From positions 16,122,001 to 16,186,000 of the forward strand of contig NC_087251.1 of assembly GCF_037042905.1 (NCBI RefSeq): DNA of 64,000 nucleotides. The letters are read 5' to 3'. The notes under the pieces were generated by a model that saw only the letters and a program-made list of their open reading frames with translations, had not been told where the DNA came from and made no database searches. This document shows, one piece after another, positions 13,582 through 25,892 of this stretch. The translations under genes were made by a program, and so were the position numbers. Source of the stretch: Lytechinus pictus (lineage: Eukaryota). The first letter of the stretch is position 1. Each line of letters begins with the position of its first letter.

Positions 13582-14375
13582 TTTTATGAATACGTATATT
13601 GTGATTGCCAGTGATAAATTACTTTCTAAAAGAATATATAAAAGTATGGATTCTAAATCAGGGACGAGGTAATGTCACACGAATGGAAAAGAACATTAGT
13701 TATGATTATTTTTTTCCTTCAAAATTATAAAAAGAAGCCATAGTTATCCTTTTGCGGATTCTATATAATCTTACGTGGTCGCACGTCATGTAACATGTAT
13801 AAGGTGGTCCAATTTCACGAACAGAGTAAAAAATTCAAAAAAGGTTAATTTTTCATATGTTATATGTATTACCATTCTTAAAATAATAATGAACAAGGTT
13901 TTAATCCCAAAATACCCCCTTTTTTGCTTTAAATGACAAATTAAATGCTTATTCATACATTGACGTCATGTAAATTTGAATTTTCAAAAGCGTTTATTTT
14001 ATGAATACATATATTGTGATTGCCAGTAAAAAAATACTTTCTAAAAGAAAATAAATAAGTATGGATTCTTAATCAGGGACGAAGTAATGTCAAACGAATG
14101 AAATAGAACATTAATTATGATTATTTGTTTCCTTCAAAATTATAAAAAGAAGCCATAATTATCCCTTTGCGGATTCTTACCTTACGTGGTCGCACGTCAT
14201 ATTAGGTGGTCCAATTTCACTAACAAGGTAAAATGGTCAAAAAAGGGTTATTTTTTCATATGTTATATGTACTACCATTTACCATTCTTCAAAAATAATA
14301 ATGAAAGGGGTTTTAATCCCCAAAAGCTTATTCATACATTGACGTCAATGTAAATTTGAATTTTCAAAAGTGTTT
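13582..14375. repeat. Local tandem duplication, ~415-bp unit, two copies (second has small deletions)
   Basis: Copies start ttttatgaatac[g/a]tatattgtgattgccagt (13582, ~13997) and end aaatttgaattttcaaaag. Confidence 0.92.
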
Positions 14376-15430
14376 TTCTCAAATTGGACCTGCTGCACAT
14401 AAAATGGTGTAAAATATTAATATGAGACCTTACACAACAAATTTGGCTTTGAGGCTGTGATTTAGCAACAATTTATCTACTTCACTGTTTCTTCATCCTA
14501 CATCCTTTTCGCATACCAAACTTATGAATGTTATCTCGTGTGCCGGCATGCACGTGTGATACTAGAGGAATGACGATTACAATGACGTTCAAATCACTGC
14601 TATAATTGGGGTTTCAAAGAAGAAAATATGAGAAAATTAAGACTGTTTAATTGACATGGCATAAGAGACTCAAAACTTTGGACCATTATACATTTTGCGA
14701 CAATAGAATTTTGATTGTAAATGTCAGGAGATGTTGCACCTATGTCATTGTTCGGAGTTCGAAGGGGAATTATTCCTTTGCGGCGAACACATTGAATACC
14801 CAATTTGCCCGAAACTGGCAATGTACATAAGAACTATACAATTGTACAGTGGTCATTGAGAATTAAAAATATAAAATGATGATAATGAAGAACATGCAAC
14901 TTGTCTCTGATACAGATTGAAATTGATAAAAATCTAAATGATAAGAGAGAAAAATAAAGATAAAAATAAACAGGTGGAATAAGTCCGCCATCCCCTCGAA
15001 CCCTGATCCCTCCTCTATAAATCAAAATTTGCTTCCTTTCTTCTTTCTTTTTCCTTTTTGAAGAATTAAATTATAACTTCCTCATAATTATATAAACAGA
15101 TAAATTAATTCAAATGACATAATACATAATTAGTTCGTAAATAATTTAGCTTTATTCTACTAGGGTAAAATATACAAGCCTGGCAAAAATAAACAACGAA
15201 TCATTTGTTTTACCCTTAAACATTATCATTCATAATCTAAATGAAAGAATATCAAACATAATCTTGACAGTGTAATTTAAATGACTGTATCTAAAACAAA
15301 CCTTGAATAATAATTGTCTCTACAATACATTTTCTATTTACGCTGTAGTTGTATGAATACATACACACACATACATACACCCGTACATACATGCATATAT
15401 ACATATATATGTATATATGTATAATGTATA

Positions 15431-16424
15431 CAGTGCGTATCAAAAAAAGTTTACACTTTGAAAAAGCCCTGGGAATAAAAAAAATACAAGATGTGGGTAA
15501 TTTTTCACATATTATGTTGGGTTTGGGTCTCATCTATCTAATAAAAGTAAAAGTTTTGACAGAACGTTACACTTGAGTGAGCACTGTCAATTTTTGTAAA
15601 ACTCGCAGAAATCTGTTTGCGCAGAAAGGCTCGTTTTCACGCTGTGTCAAGGGGAAAGGGCGAAATCAAACTTACCCTGCGAAACATTTCTCATACATTT
15701 CCCTTGCACTTTTAGTCAATAGAAATAAAATGGATGCAGTCAAGCATTTTGTAACAATTTTGCCACCCAAATTGAAATTTCAACACATAGTAAGCACAAA
15801 CTTTACCCTTTTTGTGCCAGCTGGATCTGAGGACATAACTAAATCTGAATAAAAGTTTATATCAGACATCTCCAGCATTGTTTCACTAAGTTTTTATCAT
15901 TTAAAGTGGGTTTACATTTCATTTTTCCTTTAATACTTGTTTCTCCACACTTTTTCCAAGCTTGACAATGATTAACAAAATGAAAATCAAGCCTAAGCAA
16001 TTTCATGTACATGACAGCTCAGTGTAAAGCAAATATTGTCAAGATGGCCTCGGTGTGTGTGGGGGGGGGGGGGGGGTGGGGTGGGGCGCAATGCACTCTT
16101 CGAAGTGTTTTGGGCAAGGAAACAAGTTAAAAAGGGTAAAAATATCTTCAAATCAATTTTATTAGCTAAATTCCACGTGTTCTTCATGATTAAGGTCTAC
16201 TTTTATTCGCATAACTATTTCAAAGTTCTGCGCAAATCATTTTTCATGAACTTTTCAAAAGTAAGAGGTGCTCACTCAAGCGGAAATATTTTTCGACAGT
16301 TATATCGTCATTTGCTTAATTGGATCTGTACCAATGTTAAAATGTGGAAAAATCTTCAGGATATTAAAGATTTATAATTTTACAGGATTTTTTCTAAGTG
16401 TTAACTTTTTTTTGATACGCACTG
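15431..16424 (+). mobile_element. Tc1/mariner-type non-autonomous element, copy 1 (994 bp)
   Basis: TIR CAGTGCGTATCAAAAAAAGTTTACACTT at both ends and TA target duplication. A second full copy lies at 62904-63888. Confidence 0.93.
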
Positions 16425-17457
16425 TATATATGCATATATGTAAGGGTGTGTGTGTGTGTGTGTGTATACCTATTATATGCATTTCTTTTTTTATGAAGTT
16501 AAAAAAAGAGCAAAGAAGCAAACATTAAAAATAACCCTAAAACACGGAAGCAAAACAAAACATAAAGCCCCTCCAAAACAACCCAATTGTCCATTCCCTT
16601 CACTGTAGCAACCTCCCCATTCTACTCGTGTGGGGGCGGGAAATCTTTTTTTTCTTCCTCCTCTGAATGATAAGAATGAAATATATATATACATCACACA
16701 TATGAACACATGCATGTATACATTATACATGTCTATACACATGTAATTTTGTTATTATTATTGCACATCTAGCTCTCCCTAAACTCCTCCCAACATTCCT
16801 ATTTGCTTAAGTGAAGGGTGTAGTTTATTTCTATTTAATGCCAATTTTTTTCGTTAAATTAATCTTCTTTAAATTTACGTTTAATTTTATTTGAATTCAT
16901 TTATGATTTTTTCTCTACCGTTGAAAACCAAATACTTCACAAGGATTATGAAGTGATTAGCCAATTTTTCTTTTCCTTGCTCTACTTATTTTATCCCAAG
17001 TAAGATTGGTTAAAGAAACGAAATCGAAAATATCCTCGCAATCTCTCCATATTAATTTTGTCTTTTCACATCGACAAAAAATGACGATAAGTCTCTTTTT
17101 TTTTTTACAGTAGCTACACTCACAGATCAGAAACATCTTGTCCAAATAAATGCAAACGCTGATTTGTGTAAATGATTCCGTATATTAATCTAAATTGGAA
17201 CTCTCTAAGTAGGCTACTTGATGAACACTGCCTTGGTCTTTTTAAAATATTTTCTATGTCTTTTTCTGAAAAACGATAGTTGCATTTTAGTCATGTGAAT
17301 ACTCGAGGTGTTATTACTTTCTGGTAAAGAAATTTTGCATAAACTGATAAAGTTTTTTTTTATGAAATATCATTTATTGATACAATATTTATTTCTCTTT
17401 TTTTGTAAACAAGTCCACACATTGATGTTCATGATGCACATATCATTTTCATTTATT

Positions 17458-17559
17458 GATGAGGATAAAATGTGTTGCTCAAAGGCACAAATGCCGTGCC
17501 GGGAATCGAACCCCCGATCCTCAAGCAAGCGCATTTGACCGCTCGACCACGACACCTCC
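17458..17559 (-). mobile_element. tRNA-derived SINE 5' fragment
   Basis: The minus strand has A box TGGTCGAGCGGTCAA and B box GGTTCGATTCCC, followed by GTGCCTTTGAGCAACACATTTTATCCTC, which resembles conserved SINE central domains. No intact cloverleaf. Confidence 0.7.
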
Positions 17560-17835
17560 ACACAGTTTTTTTCGAGAACTATTTGCATTATCTGTGCGCC
17601 TACGTGTGCTTATTGAAAATGAATGTAAAATTTTGAATTGGTTTTGTCAATGAAATCAATCTTCTATTAAAATAGCATGAATACTATACTGAATGTACAT
17701 GTATATATTAAAGAAAAGTTGAGTTAACATTTTTATGATAATGAAAAAATATCAAAGTCGTCTACATATTTTTTGTGGCTTCTCAACTCACGTGTGTTAT
17801 GACCATTCCAAGGATGATGAAATCACGACATTATT

Positions 17836-18010
17836 GCTTCTTCATCTCCTTCACATTCTTCTTTCACTCCTCCTCACTCTTCTTCTTCTACGTACTCATT
17901 TTCTTCTATGTAATCATCATCTTCTTCTTCTCCTCCTCCTTCTCATCCTCCATATTCTTTTTTTCGTCCTTTTTCTTTTGGTTTACTTCTTTTTGTCCCC
18001 TCATCCTCCT
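17836..18010. repeat. Degenerate (TCT/TCC/TCA)n simple repeat
   Basis: Visible trinucleotide low complexity. Confidence 0.8.
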
Positions 18011-18439
18011 CAAGTGCGGTCGTGGACCCAAATCGGCACCTGCGCCAGACGAATTATTTTTCAACTTTGTTTTAAAAAATGATATAGGTTGGTAAGGTTA
18101 TGTTGGTGCGTGAAGTTTGTGTTTGTCTGTGGGTCCGCGTGTATGTACATTTTTATCTTGGTAGAAGCATTATTATGTCACCAAGAGTACACTTGTCATT
18201 ATGATGTATGCTCACCATATTATTCGACATAGGCCTATAGCGTTTAAGCGTTTGAGTTTATTTTCTTTCTTTTTGGTTGCTTTCTAAAACCATTAACAGC
18301 TATATAGGATCCTGTTTATAGTACCATATCGTATATATTAAACAGTATAAGAGCGCAGCGACCGAAGATAATGTAAATGTTGCGTCAAAGAAAAAGCGAT
18401 AATTCTTCACCAAAGCAGGGTCGAGATAGATCTCTTTAA

Positions 18440-19578
18440 CCCCAAAAGAGTCGAGTTATGTGGACCCCTCTCACGGCCTTCGATCGCGCGAGCGCCGCGA
18501 AAATTTGCACAGTGGTAGTGCGATAAAACCTACAAGGCTGTATGGTTATTTTTTTTTAATAATAAGGTTTTTTCATTTAATAAATTAATTATGCTAATTT
18601 ATGCATGAAATAAAACATTTGCTGTAATCGACTATCATAGTTTACGTCCCCAAAACTGCATTTTTTAAAATTTACAGACCCTTTAAATGATCCCGATCAA
18701 AATGCACTTTTAAAAAATTTGGTATCGCAATTTTTTTTCTTATGTATTTTATTGTTTTTTAATTTCTTATTTATTTATTTGTTTTTTTTCAACTTTTTGT
18801 TTTTCATTGTTTTTTCGATGGAAATTGTTTCAGACTTAATTCTGATCATAAACAAAACAAAATTAATTGAGTTCATTCAGTAAAAGGAGAAATAATGATA
18901 CATTTATGAATTTTGGCTAAATACACAATTTGCATTGGATTTGTACATAAATTCACGTTTTTGAGCAGTTTTGGGTCTGACATGCACTTACATAATGATG
19001 CGTAATTTCGTAACCGCGTACCCGGGCATCGCAAATTTTGTTTCAAAAGTAAAGTTGTGCGAGATTTGAAAGTAAAAAGTCCGCGAGCGGCGCGGTTCAA
19101 AAATTTCGCGCGGCAAATTTATCGTGAAAAATGTAGAGGGGGGGGGGCGGAATCCGCCCCCGGGCCTTTGGTAAATTGCCAATTCGTCTACTGCCAACTC
19201 GTCCACTCACCACATGGTCTACCTTCATTTAGTCTAATGCTATTCCGTCCATCAACATCAACAACCATTTGGTCCAATCATCACTTCGTCTAATCACCAT
19301 TTCGTCTATTACCATTTCGTCTAATAACCAGTTGGTCTAATACCCATTTTCTTTTCATTCATTTTGCATAATTAACACTTAAGTTTAATTAGACCAAATG
19401 GTATACGGACTAAATGGCTATTGGACCAACTGGTTATTAGATAGAATGGCATTATACTAAATGAAAGTAGACCACGTGATGAGTAGACGAACTGATGATG
19501 AACTAAATGATAGTAGACGAGTTGGCAAATGGACGAATTGGCATAAGGCGAATTGGAAATAAACCGGGCCTTTTAGGG
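18440..19578. mobile_element. piggyBac-like MITE (TTAA TSD, CCC...GGG ends) hosting a nested element
   Basis: TTAA-CCCCAAAAG...CTTTTAGGG-TTAA. The internal segment is homologous to 28630-28780. Confidence 0.8.
19170..19565. mobile_element. 8-bp-TSD MITE with GG...CC ends and ~15-16-bp internal subrepeats (Merlin-like/unclassified), copy 1
   Basis: Perfect TSD GGGCCTTT (19162-19169, 19566-19573). TIR GGTAAATTGCCAATTCGTC vs rc GGTTTATTTCCAATTCGCC. A second copy lies at 35940. Confidence 0.88.
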
Positions 19579-20245
19579 TTAAAGATGATTACCATCATAC
19601 TAGAACTAATCTGGGTAGGTTCTTGCTTGCTGAAATGGTTTGAATTCCATATCATCCTCCATTAGCTTAGCGTAGCAAGCGAGCGAAGAAAAAATAATTT
19701 TTAAGATCAAACTATACATCATAAGCCGAAGATATCTCGGAAAAAACGTGTATATAATTGCCATCACCGTATCAACGTGGTATTACTCAAATCTGGTGGT
19801 TTGTTTCCCGCCTGTTTCTACGAGCGAACAGAATGCGCAATTTGGTATTGAAATGATTTTCTTCTAAGATCGACAGTAGGACAAATTGAAAAGAAAAATG
19901 TTAAGAAAAGGTCACTTTTTCTAAATAAATTTCAAATAGTAATATGGAAGTGGAATAATAATTTACGATAATCTTTGATTATTATACTGAACACCTGAGC
20001 CTGTAATACCTTTGCTATTAAATTATGATAATGGCTTTACACAAAATATATACATTTAAATGTAAGTTGTATTACCACAGTACCCTGTATGTATAAAGGT
20101 TTGCGATTTATTCAAATTGATCTCATCTTGAGATTGATCTCTTTTCTTATCATTCAAGTATTCTACAAAGTTTTATGCATTCTTGAATCTGTGCCTGACT
20201 TCCCTGTGTGTGAATATTTAATGTTTTATGCATTATTATGCTGTT

Positions 20246-20387
20246 AGAAGTAGTAGTAATAGTAGTAGTACATGTAGCAGCAGTAGTAGCAGCAGCAGCA
20301 GTAGTAGTAGTATAAGTAGTAGTAGTAGTAGTAGTATAGTAGCAGCAGCAGCAGCAGCAGCAGTAGTTGTAGTAGTAGTAGTAGTAA

Positions 20388-20419
<32 letters not shown>

Positions 20420-20461
20420 TAGTAGTAGCAGAAGTAATAGTAATAGCAGCAGCTGCAGCGA

Positions 20462-20496
<35 letters not shown>

Positions 20497-20627
20497 ATAT
20501 TAATAGTAATAGGAGTAGTAGTAGTAGTAGTAGTAATAGTAATAGGAATAGGAGTAGTAGTAGTCGTAGTAGTAGTCGTAGTAATATTAGTAGTAGAAGT
20601 AGTAGTAGTAGTAGTAGTAGCAGTAGC

Positions 20628-20691
<64 letters not shown>

Positions 20692-21093
20692 ATAGTAGTA
20701 GAAGTACAAGTAGTAGTAGTAGTAGTAGCAGCAATAGTAATAGTAATAGCAGCAGCAGCAGTAGTAGTTGTAATAGTAATAGGAATATGAGTAGTAATAG
20801 CAGCAGCAGCAGTAGTAGTTGTAATAGTAATAGGAATAGGAGTAGTAGTAGTCGTAGTAGTCGTAGTAGTCGTAGTAGTCGTAGTAGTAGTAGTAGAAGT
20901 TCTAGCAGTAGCAGTAGTAGTAGTAGTAGTCGCAGTAGTAGTATAGTAGTAATAGTATTATCCTCATCGTTATTGTTATTATAGAATTATAATCATTACA
21001 GCTATTACTTCTATAATTATTATCATTAATATAATAATAATTATCATTATCATCATTATCATCATCATTATAAGTTAGTATTATCATAATCAA
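20246..21093. repeat. Large compound trinucleotide array (AGT/AGC/AAT)n then (ATT/ATC)n
   Basis: Directly visible; explains the poly-Leu, poly-Ser and poly-Val ORFs. Confidence 0.97.
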
Positions 21094-21360
21094 TTACGAC
21101 TCTTATGGGCTCAAAATATATATTTTACAATGAACACGGGAAGTATTATACTCAATATTTGTATTATATATTGTAATTATAAACCGTATATATATAATTT
21201 TTTTATGATATCGTTTTTAATGCGCTGAACAATTTTTTTTGGAAACAGAAACCAAATGAGATCAAGCATAAGACAAGGAGCTTCTATTACAATCATGTTT
21301 GACCAGTAGCCCGATTGTGCATTGGCCTTTTTTTTTTTATAGATTACTTGAAAGAGATTA

Positions 21361-21900
21361 TTCAAATCAATTCATTTATTATTTTCCATTAAAAAATAAC
21401 AAAATATGTACATTTGAAATACACATGTATATTATACAAAAAAATAGATCAAAATACATAAGCATAGTAAATTAATATTGTAAGTGGTAGAAATAAATGG
21501 AAAATGGAACACCTGTAGAAAGCTTTTTTTTTATTAACAAAATACAAATATAATGATAATGATAATATTAGATGGCGCATGTATTTGAATTCAACGTCTT
21601 GCCCCCCTGTCCACACCCTGCCCCCTGTCCCCACCCCCTACCCCATCTCTCTCTCAGGTAGAATTCAAAATTAATATAGACTAAAATTTAAATTGAAATA
21701 AAATTAATATGATAACAAATCAACTTTAAGATTTTTTTTTAAAGTATTCAAAAAGACATTCTCCGTAATAGAAGTTGGTAATGAGTTCCATGTTCAGACA
21801 TGTATCTGAAAAAGATCTACATATTCGAGATTCGTCTTGTTAATCATAGTTTGTTCACTTTGTTGCACTCAAGGAATATTTAGCAACGATATGAAATATT
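21361..21900 (-). mobile_element. L2/CR1-clade LINE 3' remnant
   Basis: The minus strand at ~21790-21720 reads WNSLPTSITENVFLNTLKKNLKV, typical of an L2/CR1 ORF2 C-terminus. AATAAA and a TGAATTGATTTGAA tail lie at ~21361-21380. Confidence 0.7.
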
Positions 21901-22049
21901 CGTCTTACACAATTCAAAATATCATATTTTATTTGGTTTATTTGTTGTTGTTTTTTTTTTTTTACTTACGAAGATGGTTGCAATTTTTTTAAAGAGGTGA
22001 TATATGTTTTCAATGTAACATTGTATATACCCCGGAATAACAATAACCC

Positions 22050-22800
22050 ATCCAGTTCGAGACTGGAGTAGGCGTGGCCTAAGTGCGAAGCCCTGCTAAA
22101 TCACACACGCACTTCGCCCTTTCATATGTAAATGCAGGCTTGAGCAGTTGTTAATCAATAATTATTATTGGTCCTAGATTTCTCCCTTCTCACACTCTTC
22201 ACGCATGCGCTAATCAACCGCTTAGCCGCAAAATCAGAGAGAATAGGAGATAAAACATGGCAATGCGAGAACTTGGGTTGAGATTCACAATTTTCTCTAT
22301 CTTCCATTTAGGTGAAAGAGTTCGTCTTTTGTGTTACATGGCAGAAATAGATAGATATTTTCTCGCCTAAGCTCATGAAAATAATTAATCATCGTTCTGT
22401 TGTCGTTTTACAATTCTCTCCTATTCTACATGGTTCGAAGTTCTGTTGGAGATTGCGGCAACACTTTGATAGTCGGAGAGAGAGAGGGGAAGAGAAAGGA
22501 AGCGCGTGGCGCCTGGTACTTAAGAAGACTGCCACTGGTGGTGGAGTGGATTTATCGTGAGAGCTTCCTTACCTGTAGGACACTCCAACGGGGGCCCTCA
22601 CAAAGATTTAGCTTTGACTATTGAAAGAGAGGAACTCGGTCCACTCATTCATTCATCGACTCACTTGAAGCTACGAGTACTTGATAAGCGCTCTCCATAC
22701 CAGATAGAGAGAGTCCTTTTCTTTTTTTCTCCCATGGTGGGAGCTCCAGTATCAAACCTCTTCCAGTGCCGTTGATGCCTGGTTTATCTTCTTCCAAGAA
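22050..22800 (+). promoter_or_regulatory. Putative NK2.1 promoter / 5' UTR
   Basis: GC- and CpG-richer, repeat-free block directly upstream of the ATG. It has an inverted CCAAT (ATTGG ~22167), a GA-rich tract (~22475-22500), Inr-like TCATTC (~22645) and several NK2-type sites. The TSS cannot be determined from sequence. Confidence 0.65.
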
Positions 22801-23161
22801 ATGTCATATAGCCCTAAACATACCACTTCGTTCTCTGTCACCGATATCTTAACACCCCTTGAAGAGAGTTTCAGACGGTCTATGTTAGATAGTCCAGGAT
22901 CCGCCTTTCCATCGGTCTTCTCAGCCTCACCGAGCATGCAATCGGCTTACCGTTCCCCTCAACATTCGGCTCATCAAGGCATGCAAGTCTCGCCGATGAA
23001 CATGGCTTCGGCCAACAACCCATACGCCCACATGCACGTCCCTCAGCTGTCTCATAACTATTGCAACGGATCGGTCGGGGAACTTACCCCGCATTACAGC
23101 GATCATCGCCCGTCAGCGGCGAGCTGGTACCACGGCGCCAGCTCCGACCCACGTTTTACAA
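22801..23161 (+). CDS. Nkx2.1: NK2.1 homeobox gene, coding exon 1 (TN/eh1 domain, Tyr-rich region)
   Basis: The N-terminus MSYSPKHTTSFSVTDILTPLEE matches the NK2.1/NKX2-1 TN domain. The exon ends in SWY..DPRFT followed by a canonical donor A|GTAAGT (intron starts 23162). Length 361 nt gives phase 1. Confidence 0.96.
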
Positions 23162-25892
23162 GTAAGTAATTTCTCTATATTTTAGGACCATGCCTTCTTT
23201 TTGCTAATCAATTTATGATCAAAATGGTATCATAGTGCATACATACACTCCAAAGAGTAATCACGCAAAATGGTATTAGGCCTTGGTATTATCAAGGTAA
23301 CCTTTAAACCCCCGCCTGGTAGGACATACTTATGCCTTGTATACCCAGCTGCTTTTTTCTTGGTGCAAGTTTAACGACCCATCGACATGCTCAAATATTA
23401 TGCCAATAAAAATATGACATCAGACGAGTTTAAACACTGGCCTACTCTACTAACAAGGGTATTGTCTTCGGCCCCAGCAAGACTTTAATACATCTCACTT
23501 TAAATACATTACACCTCTCATTGAAAACATATTTCTTTTCCATTCAGGTATTAAGAAAAATAATGTTTCTCGCCTTGGAGCGTTATTATAATGATTATAA
23601 TGACGAGAATCAAGGAATCACCCTTTTCATTTCAAAGTTTATATGATTACATTCACTGGTTAAATTTGAACAGTTCTCAGAAGCTTGTTTGCTAGATCCC
23701 TCTAAAAATATAAAACCAACATCATTATTCTATTTTAAGTAATAAATGTTCTTGCAGTTTATGATACACTATCAATTATAATAAGGGCGCGTTCTCAAAA
23801 CATCGCTTCAAATAAAAAGTTAAAAAGGGTTTTGTTTGAATAGGAATCTCAATTATTTAAGAGAATCCGGCATGCTTGGTTTTTCATCGACATGAGCTAA
23901 AGTACATCAAAATGAGTACATTCTTAGATTGACAGCTCGAAATTAATTTGTGTATTTCTTAATGAAGAAAATTTACATTTATATGTCAAAATTGAACAAA
24001 GCAATTCAGAAATGAATTTCCGCTCTTAAAGATGTCAGTCAGCGTAGAAGAAATGTTATGATACACATAGATTGGTTTCGTAAGAAACGGTCAGCATAAT
24101 GCATTCGTCAAGATAAATAACTTTGATGTATTCAATTATTTTTCTTTTGTTTTAAAGTGAAAATAATCAGATATCAAAATTTCTTAAATTAAGTGTTAAC
24201 AGAAAAGAGCAAACAAAATATTTCAATTACCTGCATACAAATGCTGGAAAGTAAATTGATTTCTAGATTATCCATCCCAGTGCGTAATCGTGCCTGTGAC
24301 ACATAAAATTAGAAGCGAAAACAAAATTCTGATTAAATTGAATACATTACAATAGAAGACATATAAAATAACTGAAGATACATTCAAATATCGTGGATTT
24401 GATTGCAGCAGGGTCTACGATTAATTTTATGGGAAATCGGCAAACAAACGTGGAATTAATTGGGATCTTGAGCTGCACTTGATATCCACTCGAGACAAGT
24501 ATTAATACGTCTTGACCTCTGTCTTGTTAATCTCATAACAAAGAGATCAATGAAGGGGGATAAAAACAAGGATCTATAGATATACCTATTCAAGTTGAAT
24601 GAAATTGATAGAGAAAAAGGAATCAGTTCAATCTAACTTTGACTTTTTACAAAGCGCTCAAAAGACCGGAACAGTTTCAAAATGCATAATGTGGGTCTCC
24701 TTAAAGTATAAACTTGTTATGTTAGAAAGCAATCAGTGTAGTTAATTTCATGATATTTGGGAATATCCGTTTCGGTTTTTCGCTTTATTTTATCAAGACA
24801 AAATATCATAATCACTAAATCAATCATTTTGCAGATGAGTACACTTCCCTCTAAGATACTGTACATTAACAATCATCAAAAATTCGTTGGCAAGTAAATA
24901 ACTGTCTATCGAGAGAACAGAAATTACTGTAGATTACCTTTCTCGTTCAATGAAATTGGTGAAACTTTATATCGCTGAAATAAAGTATGAAATTTCCAAT
25001 GCTCTAAAAATGTGTTAACTTTCAACGCAGACCGGATGAGAAATTCTGAACGGATAATCATTGATGATCAGTTACCATATTTTTTTTAATCTTAAAAAAA
25101 ATTATAATTGTAATTTTACAATAAATCCTGTTTTTAGTAGATGTTATAAAAGTCAAACGATTAGAACTCTATATTTTGAATACAAATTAAACTTAAAGAA
25201 AATTCAACATAATATACTTTGTTAAATAATGTAGGATTTACATTTCTAGCTATTATAGAAACAAAACTGATAGATTCCTTTAGATATTAGACAATGTCAA
25301 GTACTATCCAACACAAAACTTCATTATTTTTTATGGTCGCATATTTCTTTCTGGAAAATCACCGTATCATTATTTTGATTTCTCCCTATCCATTGGTTTG
25401 AATAATCAAACTGTAACGTTTCGGCGCGCTAAGAAAATGTGGGTCATATTTATGTCAATTAGTTAATGATTCATGAAAGTATATATATTAATCTGTTAAA
25501 GGTTAACCTTTGTTATGGAATCATAGCAAGGTTTGCAATATATGATTTTTTTGTACTCAATACTTGAGACGCTAATGTAATATTAGATGTTTTTACAATT
25601 CCCTTCTTCTATAATATATAATGTTTCTTTATGATTGCAATGTATTTCCAGCTTATTAGCTTGAATGGTCGTAAGCAAACACAATCATGCTACTAATAGT
25701 TTTATATATGATTTGCATGGTTAGAGGAAGCTATAATTAGAAGATAGAATAAAGTATTTTCGTACTTGTGAAAAAATGGGAAAGGTTTCATTAGTTAGTC
25801 CAATAGTCTGCATGCATTCTTGTGGAAGAAAAGTTGACATGCTAGAATGACTGGACTTTCCCCCTATTCTCCTTATTTATCATTTTCTACAG
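23162..25892 (+). other. NK2.1 intron (2731 bp, GT-AG, phase 1)
   Basis: GTAAGT donor and polypyrimidine-CAG acceptor join the two exons in frame across a conserved motif. Confidence 0.93.

Noticed and set aside
16036..16377. ORF shared by both Tc1-type copies (also 63522-63896) as a transposase or cargo gene
   Set aside because: No DDE/D or HTH motif, the starts and ends differ between copies, and the sharing is explained by repeat homology.
17490..17559. tRNA gene
   Set aside because: A and B boxes are present, but there is no intact anticodon arm or acceptor stem, and it continues into SINE-like core sequence.
20150..20734. 194-aa poly-Leu/Tyr/Thr ORF and neighbouring poly-Ser/Val ORFs
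   Set aside because: Translations of the (AGT/AGC)n microsatellite.
25847..25892. ATG at 25847 as the start of a 303-aa single-exon protein
   Set aside because: This is intron sequence (polypyrimidine tract); splicing to exon 1 restores the conserved motif.
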